From Octopus sinensis (lineage: Eukaryota): DNA of 27,590 bases. The notes beneath the pieces are model-generated. The model saw nothing but the letters and a program-made list of their open reading frames with translations, made no database searches and had not been told where the DNA came from. Of the stretch, positions 1 to 9,549 are shown piece by piece. The DNA is taken from positions 1 through 27,590 of the forward strand of contig NW_021827534.1 of the NCBI RefSeq assembly GCF_006345805.1, in the 5' to 3' direction. The translations under genes and the position numbers were made by a program. Position 1 is the first letter of the stretch; each line of letters begins with the position of its first letter.

Positions 1-86
1 AATAATAATAATAATAATAATAGTAATAATAATAATAATAATAATAATATAATAATAATAATAATAATATTAATAATAATAATAAT
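1..86. repeat. (AAT)n microsatellite
   Basis: Near-perfect AAT run from the window start. Confidence 0.97.
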
Positions 87-288
87 GGCAATGACTATAG
101 CAACTTTAACGACGTCAACAATCAATGATAGAAGGAACTGATAAACTGTGAAACGAAGTTCCACCTAAAATGTTTAAATATTTATAGGCCACCATAGTTG
201 GTAAAAGCAAACTTCACCTTTTCCCCTATATATGTATAAATCCGTGCCTGCGTGCATATATGTATGCAAGTATATATTTGAATGTGTT

Positions 289-290
<2 letters not shown>

Positions 291-334
<44 letters not shown>

Positions 335-452
335 CACGCATATATATATATATATATACAAATATACATATATATATGCATACATATATGTATGTATGTA
401 CTTATATATATATATTATATTTATATATATTACATACATCCATTCGTATATA

Positions 453-537
<85 letters not shown>

Positions 538-600
538 CTATATATCATATATATATATATACATGCATATATACCACACACATACATGCATACATATACG
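291..600. repeat. (AT)n compound microsatellite
   Basis: Long interrupted AT run grading into CA/CATA; source of the I/Y-rich ORFs. Confidence 0.95.
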
Positions 601-715
601 CACACAGCACTACAATTTATCTGTTTGGCAGCTATTTATATTAACATTCCCTTTTAGGATTGATGGATGTATACGCACATATAAATATAAGCATGCGTGC
701 ATACAGCCTTTCATA

Positions 716-830
716 CACACACACACATACATACATACATAATACACATATTCATGCATAAATACATACGGCCATACCTACCTACCTACCTACCTACCTA
801 CCTACCTACATACATACATACATACATATA
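716..830. repeat. Compound (CA)n/(CATA)n/(CCTA)n microsatellite
   Basis: Adjacent blocks of CA, CATA and CCTA units. Confidence 0.92.
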
Positions 831-1118
831 TAAGGAGGAGAGCATCCCTCATAAGACTACAACTATAGTCCGTTGATGTAAAAGCTACCACCGTACAATC
901 TCAATGTATTTTCTATTACTTTTACACTATTTTTCATCTTTTGATGTTACTATCTTGTAGTTGGTTTTGTAGTTTAATCCTTATAAATTGTTATTATATA
1001 TTGTTTAATTTTTTATTGCTTTTTATATTATTTCCACTCGCTATTGATTTTGTTGAGAGATTTCTAATACCTTTTTCTATATATCGTTCGTTTCTACGTA
1101 CGTATAAATCTATCAATT

Positions 1119-1181
1119 TATCAATCAATCAATCCATCCATCCATCCATTCATCCATCTAACTATCTATCCATCCATCCAA

Positions 1182-1270
<89 letters not shown>

Positions 1271-1271
1271 G

Positions 1272-1324
<53 letters not shown>

Positions 1325-1430
1325 ACAATCAACATCGCTATGCGCACGCGAGTGTGTGTGTGCGTGTGTGCGTGTGTGCGCGTCTGTGTGGGGGTGTGGG
1401 GGTGATTACTCTCCCGCGTGTGCTTGTGTG
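1119..1430. repeat. Compound (ATCA)/(TCCA)/(TCTA)n followed by (GT)n
   Basis: Tetranucleotide blocks to about 1323, then GT/GC dinucleotides from about 1349. Confidence 0.93.
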
Positions 1431-1582
1431 TGTATAGTCACATAAACATATGTACAGTTTATATTCTTTGCTAAGCGATATACGTTTAATATCTGATTAG
1501 GGGCGGATTTCAGGCTCACACGCATCTCGATATATGCACAAAGTTGTACCCCTACACCCTTTTATGCATGTATAACATATTT

Positions 1583-1968
1583 ATCTACAGTTACTGTATC
1601 CATATTACAAGTTCAGGTTTATACCTGTAATTATTGGGGCACTGAGATATGAAACACAGTGCCTAAATACCAATCTTGGAGAAATTAAGCTTCTCAAAAC
1701 CAGAAAGGAGAAAGCTGATTCGAAGACTACAGATCCGGGTCATCACTGGAACTGCAAAAATCTGTAAAATTTTCCAGAAGTTTAGTATGTCTAAACATGC
1801 AACTATATGCATGAGAATACATACATACATACATACATACATACATACATACATACAAACAAAAATACTGTTGGTGTTGTTGGAATTCCGATGAAGGAGT
1901 TTGGATCTAAGTTAGAAACCAGTTCTTTCTCTATTGGCATGAAATCTTGAAATAAAACTAAATAATGA
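1583..1968 (+). mobile_element. 5'-truncated non-LTR retrotransposon 3' end; RLE-type C-terminus (R4/Dong-like) plus 3' UTR
   Basis: Frame starting at 1585 reads LQLLYPYYKFRFIPVIIGALRYETQCLNTNL. After a 1-nt frameshift near 1676 it continues EKLSFSKPERRKLIRRLQIRVITGTAKICKIFQKFSM. The PVIIGAL(G) and LQ....GT.KI motifs resemble the end of restriction-like-endonuclease ORFs. The 3' UTR has an internal (CATA)n at 1817-1856 and ends in AAATAAAACTAAATAAT. Clade assignment is from memory. Confidence 0.7.
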
Positions 1969-2050
1969 CATACATACACACATACATACGTGCATACATA
2001 CATACGTGCATACATATATACATACAAACATACATACATACATACATACA

Positions 2051-2082
<32 letters not shown>

Positions 2083-2155
2083 AGAAACGTGTTCATACGC
2101 GCATGCACACATCATACATGTATACACACACGCACATATACATATAAACGCATAT
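1969..2155. repeat. (CATA)n/(CA)n microsatellite abutting the LINE 3' end
   Basis: TACA/CATA run begins immediately after the LINE tail. Confidence 0.93.
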
Positions 2156-2330
2156 ATAAATGCATGGTGATTGCTCCGATTACCGTCTCTTTGTGCTCTC
2201 TCATTGTCAATGGCATTTCTGAATTTCCATCCATGACCTCTCAGATGACTATTCAGTCCGCTGCTTTGTAAGCGACGTCTGCACGTCATTGGATTATAGT
2301 GATAAACGCTTATATAAGATGCACAAATAG

Positions 2331-2444
2331 AAAGACACACACACACACAGAAACATATATGATGGGTTTCCAAATTCACTCTCAAGGTATTGGTCGGCCG
2401 CTGTGCAACCATTTAGTTTCGGATTCAGTCCCACTGCACGGCAC
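2331..2444. mobile_element. Two fragments of CORE-type SINE (family A) joined in opposite orientation
   Basis: 2331-2399 matches the minus-strand copies at 14065-14140 and 20725-20810 (CCAAAT.CACTC.CAAGG..TTGGTCGG). 2405-2444 matches the plus-strand head (AACCA..TAGTTTCGGATTCAGTCCCACTGCACGGCAC). Confidence 0.65.
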
Positions 2445-2796
2445 GTATGAGGAAACTTAGGTTTATATTGTTGCCATTTTTGTTACATTGGTTTGGCATG
2501 AACGAGAAGGTTTAGTTCATGGCTTTTGCAAGCTCTTAATATTGATAATGTTGGTATAATAAATTAACCACATTCGTCTCTGGTCTAACAGATTTATGAT
2601 ACAGTGTATTTTTGGAAAAAAAAAGTTCATCATTTAAAGGGGATTAAATGGCGGTGACTATTATCTATGTAGTGAAAAATGTATCCGCAAGTAGGAGACC
2701 AGTCCTGCAAAATTGTTAACTCCGATAAAAGAACCCAAGGAACTGATGGTGGTTTTAAATCAGGTAAGGTAAAAGACTTAGTCTACCAGTCACTAA

Positions 2797-2840
2797 GTCA
2801 CGGGTAGATTCAAACTCAGAACGTGAAGAGCTGGAACAAT
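2797..2840 (-). mobile_element. Degenerate SINE fragment (family B type)
   Basis: ATTCAAACTCAGAACGTGAAGA resembles ATTTGAACTCAGAACGTAAAGA in the better copies. Confidence 0.45.
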
Positions 2841-4107
2841 GCTGGTAGTGATTTTCAATTCTTTATTGTAGGAACTTGTGGCGAAGAGTTCTTATAAGCG
2901 ATCATGGCATTTTTATTAGGACATGATGATTGTTGTAACATATTTCGCTGTTTTATTTTCTTAAGTCGATTAACGATATAGAAGTACCCTCATTTGCGAA
3001 CGATCAACTCCTCCCTGATCAAACTCTGAATGAGAAAACATAGGAGAAAAATCATACTCTCGATATGATTATCACTCCTATTTAAGAGGTATTTAATACT
3101 TCATAATCCGATGAGTTTTCCCTTGCTTAAGATGGTGGAGTCTGAGCAAGGTGAGATTTAGTTGTAATTTCTAGCAAGATCGAACTGCCACCTACGCTTA
3201 GAATCTGTGGCGTAATTATATTTCGTACGTAAAATTTGACTTCTCAAAATGAAATACTGAAATGAAACACTCGTCTAAGAAAACAGCAAAAATAAATGAG
3301 TCAAAGATTAAATGAATAAATAAATAAGAGGTTTGCACCGCATGATTTCCCCTAGGCTCATGAGAATTCATTAAACGTATTTCTCAGTCATGTCAGCGGA
3401 AATTATATTTTTCTTCTATTTACTTTATTTCAAAAACCGTTTTTGCTTTTTTTTTTTTATCTCCCTTTTGATGAATACTTTCAGCAATTTAAGAATAGTG
3501 AAAACTTATTTTGAAAGACAATCGATTAATTATATTTCTTCACCGGGGCTTTTAGGAATAAAATAAATATAAATTAATAAATAACTAGAATAATTAAATG
3601 TCTTCAGTTTTGTAACAAATCTTAGTTAGCCTTATATTTTATCTCATGAAATGTGCAATGAAATTCGACTTTGCTCCGTTAGACCTATTAATTATGTTTT
3701 TTTCTTCCAAAAATCTATTAAGTTTGTACGGCAAAAGAAATAATTTCCCTAGATGTATATATACTTATATATATATTTTTCTTTGAAATTTTATTTTCCA
3801 CTGACTGAAATAATTGGTTCGATAATCTCAACGAACTGTCATCGATAATCTTTGAAATTTACTTATATGATAAATCATTATTGCTGGTTTTTAGGTTGGT
3901 TATTTTTATTTTATTTTAATATATTTCATTATAGTTTGAAACTGTTGATCAATAGCGTCGTTAATTACAGCTATCTAACTGTTCAGTAGGTTACTGCATT
4001 TCTGACGGCTTGAATAAGTAACTTCGGTGCGAAGTTTATTTTCGCCAAGACCTTCGTTTGAACAGCAGTTTTTCACTGCCAACTGCGACCTTCACCAATA
4101 TATGTTG

Positions 4108-4186
4108 ATATATATATTTATATATATATATATATATACATGCATACACACACACATATATATATGTGTGTGTATGTATGTATGTG

Positions 4187-4222
<36 letters not shown>

Positions 4223-4230
4223 CACACGTT

Positions 4231-4262
<32 letters not shown>

Positions 4263-4310
4263 CATATATATATACATATACGTGTGTGTGTGTGCATGTG
4301 TGTGTATATT
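4108..4310. repeat. Compound (AT)/(CA)/(GT) microsatellite
   Basis: Alternating dinucleotide blocks. Confidence 0.93.
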
Positions 4311-4324
4311 TTATTTATGGTTTA

Positions 4325-4439
4325 AGGCTACCGTTTGTTTCATTTTAAGGGAAACCACTCAACAATTGTTTTAATCCAAAACGGAGACGGACATCGATGT
4401 TTCATGTGAATTCCCTTAACATGAAACCAACGGTAGCCT
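4325..4439. mobile_element. 115-bp MITE, PIF/Harbinger-like
   Basis: Left end AGGCTACCGTTTGTTTTCATTTTAAGGGAA (4325-4354) versus reverse complement of right end AGGCTACCGTTGGTTTCATGTTAAGGGAA (4411-4439): 2 substitutions and 1 indel. TTA flanks both sides (4322-4324, 4440-4442), the TWA target duplication typical of PIF/Harbinger. Confidence 0.75.
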
Positions 4440-4531
4440 TTACTCATAAAGAAGGAATTTTTATCTACTAATTTGGTGTCGAGCACTCATTCTCATTGTT
4501 CGATATTAACGTGCATATATATATATATATA

Positions 4532-4579
4532 TACTATTTCCCCACCTTGTTTCACATTTACGTGCTTACTTTGGTATAC

Positions 4580-4640
<61 letters not shown>

Positions 4641-4643
4641 TAT

Positions 4644-4701
<58 letters not shown>

Positions 4702-4761
4702 TATATGTGTGTGTATACCAAAGTAAGCAAATACATGTGAAACAAGGGGGAGGGGATAGTA
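4532..4761. mobile_element. Foldback/MITE-like element with ~48-bp inverted arms around a (CA)n-(TA)n-(TG)n core
   Basis: Arms 4532-4579 and 4713-4761 are reverse complements, with identical blocks TGCTTACTTTGGTATAC and CCTTGTTTCACAT and about 7 differences. Both ends are TA. Confidence 0.75.
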
Positions 4762-4770
4762 CTCGAACAT

Positions 4771-4954
4771 TATACATTATTATCATTAAAGCTACAAAAA
4801 CATCACAAAAATATTCCAATAAACTGCTACTAAGAGCTTCACGTCGGACATTCTCAATCTAAACTGTCCGACGAACGAGAACGTGAAACTCTGAGTAGCA
4901 GTTTATTGTGATATTTTTACGATGTTTTTGCAGATTTAATAATAATAATGTGTA
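4771..4954. repeat. 184-bp imperfect palindrome (foldback)
   Basis: 4771-4850 aligns to the reverse complement of 4865-4954 at 70/80 positions plus one 10-nt indel; 14-nt loop TTCTCAATCTAAAC. Confidence 0.85.
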
Positions 4955-5142
4955 TGTGTATGTATATGTGTGTGTATATGTGTATGGACGTTTTGGATAT
5001 CTTTTAGTTGCGCTGAAGATTATGGCACTTCCAGATGCCTGAGCCTGCGATTCATTTGGCACTGGATATCCTACTTTGGCTTGTCTCTGGATCATGTCAA
5101 AAGGGTGGAGAAGGTTTGTGAAGTGTTGTAGAAGCCTGGTTG

Positions 5143-5237
5143 CTCGGCAGGCTTCGAACTCAGGACGTAAAAACTGTGACAAATATTACAAGGCATTTTA
5201 TCCAACGCTTAACGATTGAACTTATCAACTGCCATTA
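5143..5237 (-). mobile_element. SINE fragment (family B variant), tRNA-derived head
   Basis: CTCGGCAGGCTTCGAACTCAGGACGTAAA...AAGGCATTTTATCCAACGCTTAACGATT; B box reads GAGTTCGAAGCC on the minus strand. Confidence 0.65.
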
Positions 5238-5549
5238 CAGTGGGGGCCAAAAAAATATCGCGTCGATTACCTTTCTTCGCCATGAAGATTAGCGTCAAGG
5301 AATAGTTTCGAACATAGAGTCATAGTGTGCCATCACATCGTTGTAAAAAAAAAAAAAATCAGTGAGCGTAAAGAAGCACCGGAAGCGCTTAAATTCCCTT
5401 TCGTTAGCAGAGCACCAGTTTAATTATCTTGACGTCGCTCACGTTTATTGTTCAAAGTCATAAACCTAAATTCCCAGCCCACTTTAAAAACAAAATTTGA
5501 CATGAGAAACGTATTTCAAAGGGCGTTATCTATCAGTTACTAAGTATCG

Positions 5550-5815
5550 TTGTTGATGACGACGAAGACGACGACGATATCTATGATGATGAAATAGCGG
5601 TGATGATGATGATGATGATGATGATGATGCTGATGATGATGATGGTGGCGGTGGTGGTGGTCCTCGTATTCGTGGTGATGATGATGATGATGATGATGAT
5701 GAGGATGATGATGAGAATGATGATGAGGATGTTGACGATGATGATGACAACGACGAATGCGATGATGATGATGAAGATCACGATCCTGATCATGATGGCG
5801 ACGACTACGATGATA
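5550..5815. repeat. Degenerate (GAT)n/(GAC)n/(GGT)n trinucleotide tract
   Basis: GAT backbone with single-base variants; produces the poly-M/H/S/I ORFs. Confidence 0.93.
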
Positions 5816-5952
5816 TATTAATAATGATGGTGGTTTAATGTTACATTGCATCATACTTTAATTTATAAACAGAAGCAGCAAGAAAATATCAGAGAAAGCA
5901 AGTAAACTACTATATCGCGCGTTACCGTTAAAAAAGAATTAGAAAAAACAAT

Positions 5953-5954
<2 letters not shown>

Positions 5955-6006
<52 letters not shown>
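5955..6006. repeat. (AAT)n microsatellite
   Basis: Perfect AAT run. Confidence 0.97.
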
Positions 6007-6007
<1 letters not shown>

Positions 6008-6554
6008 ACAAAGAAAGAAAAAACAGTATAACGCATGAAAAACATGATACAGACGATAATTGAAGGCGTTTGTGAACGTTTGCTATGAAAAGGCTTTTGA
6101 TATTTCCTTTCTTTTTACAGCCATTCTATTGTTGTTAATTTTTTATTAAAAAAGAATCAACAGAAAAATAAAGAATTCACAATCAGTTATAAATCCCTTC
6201 AAATAAACTAAAAGTCTAAACAAAAGGGATTTCAGAAAGAAAATAGTGGTTTTAATATTGGCACACAACCACACATTCGTGAAGAAAGCCATCGACGATT
6301 AAACTGTTCAAATGTCCCAATTTTATTTCATTCTGTCTTATTATTTTGTACATCTGCACTTCGCCACCATCAACTGAATGAAAGGCCAACTTTGGAACAC
6401 ACGACTTGAAAGGGGCGTAACTGAATGCCCCGTAGCTTTTTATTTGACGTTTAACCGTTACTTTTATCTGCATCCCTAAGAATAATAAATTCTTACATAG
6501 GACCAAGGTTACAAATTTTTTCTAATTTTTTTTTTTTTTGTGTGGAGGAGTCCC

Positions 6555-6660
6555 GTCAATTAAATGGGAGTCAGCACTTAAGTGGTAGTTTATAGTATCA
6601 ACTCCGGGAAAAGTTAGTGAAAGGGTTATTTGACACCGATAGGCATTTGAATTCAAATCA
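6555..6660 (-). mobile_element. Highly degenerate family B SINE fragment
   Basis: Loose colinear match to the 17070-17160 copy (...AGTGGTAGTTTATAGTATCAACTCCGG...TGAAAGG...ATTTGAATTCAAA). Confidence 0.4.
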
Positions 6661-6902
6661 TTGTGACAAAAGGCACTGATTTGTTTTCTTTTATATGAAT
6701 TAGTCAAAATCTTTTCACATGAATTATTCAGCGCCCATTATCTTTTTACCTTTTTCATGGCTTTCAAGACTGGCAAAAGAAAAGGAAGAATTTATCCTTA
6801 GGTCTGGTGTAAATATCTGGCAATTCTACATACTCTGCTGAAGGAACTATGTAGCTATCATACTCTGCCAAACGGTGTGATTCTGCCGTAATAGCACTTA
6901 AT

Positions 6903-7180
6903 AGTAAGAATTCTTTCTGTTATAACCGGAGGAGGAGGATTAATCGGTTACATCAATTCTAGCGCTTAACTGCTACTAGTTTTTTCGACCTCGAAATGAT
7001 GAAAGCAAAGGCAAATATCTACGTCGGTAGAATTTGAACGTATAGACGGACGAAATGCCGTTAATCATTTTTCCCAGCGTGGTAACGATTCTGCCAGATC
7101 ACCGCCTAAAATAATAATAATCCTGGAATTTTGGTGGTGAGGGGAAAAGTTGCAAACGATTCTACCAGCTTGCCGCCTTA
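6903..7180 (-). mobile_element. Family B tRNA-derived SINE plus an adjacent internally deleted second copy
   Basis: TCGACCTCGAAATGATGAAAG...GAATTTGAAC...GACGGACGAAATGCCG...TAACGATTCTGCCAG...CGCCT (6903-7108); the terminal motif AACGATTCTACCAGCTTGCCGCCTT repeats at about 7155-7180. Confidence 0.75.
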
Positions 7181-7728
7181 CGAATGATAATGATAATTGT
7201 TTCTAATTTAGAAACATGAATTCTTTATTTTTTTCTGTTTATTGACTTTTTATTAAAAACTTTACAACGAGAGAATGGATATAAGAGGGGTAAATATAAG
7301 GACAGTAATTTCTAAGGAAGCGACAGTCAATTACATAGACCCGATACGTTTTACTTTTTTTTGCAAATATGTCCTCTGTTTTTCTTGAACGTCTATTGAT
7401 ATTTTTTGAGGGTGTAAAGCATGCTACCATGTTAACGGGTGCCTTTAATAAATTAGATAACATTTAATTACGAAGAGTTCCCACAAGGATGTTTTTATCT
7501 AAATGACTAGAGTAATCCCCAAATTTCTCGGATTATTCTGATGCATCAAAGGCTTGAAATGTACTATTTCCTAGTTTCTTGCCTCATATCTACTCTTACA
7601 TAACCAGAGGAGGCTCATTTATCCTCTTCAACTTTGCTGCTGTCATCTACCTTTCATAAAATATAATTGAAGTATTTTTCTAGTTCTTATTTTTCCGACA
7701 GCAGAGAGGTTTGAACAGAAAAGCAAGT

Positions 7729-7758
7729 GAGAGAGAGAGAGAGAGAAGAAAGAAAGAA

Positions 7759-7835
<77 letters not shown>
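7729..7835. repeat. (GA)n microsatellite
   Basis: GA run with a short GAAA interruption. Confidence 0.97.
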
Positions 7836-7838
<3 letters not shown>

Positions 7839-8792
7839 GCTGAGTACCAGAAGCCCTTCATTTAGCGCTCAAGTGCTTTTTGCCTTATCCAGCATGCAAC
7901 AACTTGAACAGCATCAGCATCAGCAACAACAACAACAACGACGACGATGATCTGAGACTGACATTAGGCTACAGATATCTTTAAGGGTAAATGCATCACT
8001 GTAAATTGGCGGAAAGCCTGTGTTATATAATGCACAACCGCAGATGGAAGAAGCGAATCAAAGAGTAGGGGATTCTTGTGTAGTTACATGAGACCTACAC
8101 AACCTACACGCACACACACACAGTCAAATCACACACACACATGAATCTCCCTTCTCCTCACATATCAAACATATACATTCACTATTTTGTTAATGTTTAC
8201 GTATTCGTCGCTTTCAGTCTCTAATTGCTAATTACCAAAGAGGCAGTGAGAGGCGATCTGTCACATTTTTTAAATTGTTTATCCCCCCCACCTCTTTTAT
8301 TCAACTCAGAAAGTGAGCAAAACTGTGTGACAAAAAAAAATCGAGAAACCGTAAAATGAGCATTTCAAAATCATAGAAAATAAAGCAATACATGTCTACG
8401 TTTGTTTGCGTTCCAAAAAGAAACCAAAAAAAAAAAAGAAAAAGAAATAAGTAAAAAACAAACAAACAAAAAATTCTAATTTTCAATATAATTTACAACT
8501 CATGAATGGAGTGTAGAGTCTTGATTCAAAGCAGACAGACGTTTTGTAAACACTGAAAGTAATTTGAGAATTCAAACTCTAAACATTTAAACTCCAAACT
8601 CTGTTAGCTGAAACAAGAACTAATGGTAGCATCTTTGAAATTAAAATATGAATCTGTAGAGTATATATCTAGAAAATACTGAACAGATATGCTTGCTAGG
8701 GATCCAAATTAATGTATTATTGCTTTAAAATCAAAAAAGAAAATACTATCAAAAAGAAAAATTCACCTTATCACCAGAACAAGCTGGAAGCT

Positions 8793-8955
8793 TTTTTACA
8801 TTACTTATATTCGATGGATATTTGTCCTCATCTTGTTTGTTGTTAACACAACCTTTCGGTTGATATACCCTCCAGCGTCTTGGGGAAATTTCGAACCTAG
8901 GTTCTCATTCCTAAGGTATTTTTCGATGTTGATGTTATTATTATCATTATTGTTG

Positions 8956-9051
<96 letters not shown>

Positions 9052-9168
9052 TCACTGCTTGGAATCGAACTCGGAATCTTGGGGTTTGTAGCCCGGCCCA
9101 CAGGCATATGGCGTAAATAATGTAAATAATGTAAATAATGTACATAATTCCTCATCTCTTGAATATAA
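8793..9168. mobile_element. tRNA-headed non-autonomous retroelement with inverted internal architecture, internal (AAT)n and putative hammerhead relic
   Basis: 12-bp direct repeat AAG(C/T)TGGAAGCT at 8781-8792 and 9169-9180. B box GTTCGATTCC on the minus strand (9061-9070). A-box-like GGCATATGGCGTA on the plus strand (9103-9115). 9-mer GTAAATAAT x3 plus one variant (9113-9148), with an inverted 15/17 match at the left end. (TTA)n at 8934-9047. Confidence 0.7.
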
Positions 9169-9508
9169 AAGTTGGAAGCTACTGGAAGTCAGTATGAGCA
9201 AAGAAAGATGTTCACGAATGGGTTTACGGAAAAAACCCGAAAGGACAGAGGAATTAAAACAGAAACTTTACTATGGGCGACCTGGCTGGATATATAATGT
9301 TAAACGTAAGAGAAGCTTTGGGTACATGCTTCTAAAAACCTCAGTGTAGCAGAAAGCATCTAGTATTCTCACTGATCGATTTTCGTTTGCCTACGATACA
9401 TTTGTTAATTTTAAGCATAACGCGTTCATATGAGATATTATTTCCCTACACTTAACATTAAGTATAATATACAATCGGCTATTTTAATCTGATTTTGCTT
9501 CTATTCAG

Positions 9509-9549
9509 TACAATAGATCATGATTCAGTTGAGTGGCTCTTTGGTACTG
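9509..9549 (+). CDS. Candidate 41-nt internal exon, host gene unknown
   Basis: Acceptor CTGATTTTGCTTCTATTCAG and consensus donor CTG/GTGAGT. Only one frame is open (phase 2 to phase 1): TIDHDSVEWLFGT. No homology recognised. Confidence 0.3.

Noticed and set aside
134-162. GGAACTGATAAACTGTGAAACGAAGTTCC, hammerhead-like with GGAACT/AGTTCC ends
   Set aside because: CUGAUAA instead of CUGANGA, no stem II, and no GUH after GAAAC.
260-742. 160-aa ORF and the many other I/Y, H/T, C/V, LSIY, ER and poly-N/L ORFs in the track
   Set aside because: They are translations of (AT)n, (CA)n, (TCTA)n, (GA)n and (AAT)n repeats, which lack stops in some frames.
1884-1930. CCGATGAAG...GAAACCAGTTC in the LINE 3' UTR, resembling a hammerhead core
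   Set aside because: Core is CCGAUGA, and neither stem I nor stem II pairs convincingly in this copy.
2695-2763. 69-nt open segment before CAG/GTAAGG (ETSPAKLLTPIKEPKELMVVLNQ)
   Set aside because: The acceptor lacks a pyrimidine tract and the region borders decayed SINE sequence.
5236-5260. TA-CAGTGGGGGCCAAAA resembling a Tc1 TIR start
   Set aside because: I found no matching inverted end and no transposase sequence.
5361-5442. ETS-like CCGGAAG and CRE-like TGACGTC between GTGAGCG/CGCTCAC inverted 7-mers
   Set aside because: Short motifs expected by chance; no independent sign of a promoter.
5526-5854. Poly-His, poly-Ser, poly-Met and poly-Ile ORFs
   Set aside because: All come from one degenerate (GAT)n tract open in several frames on both strands, with no splice or domain context.
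6750-6769. 20-nt minus-strand microexon candidate (strong acceptor, AAG/GTAAAA)
   Set aside because: Very short, not frame-preserving, weak donor, and no partner exon identifiable.
7893-7986. Acceptor followed by a Q-rich or N/D-rich stretch and a GTAAAT donor
   Set aside because: All three frames hit a stop before the donor, and the content is CAA/GAC simple repeat.
9050-9095. tRNA gene at the GTTCGATTCC B box, and similar boxes in other SINE heads
   Set aside because: No complete cloverleaf; each is embedded in a retroelement body.
9113-9148. CRISPR-like or satellite array from the GTAAATAAT repeats
   Set aside because: Spacer-less 9-mers forming a retroelement tail in eukaryotic DNA.
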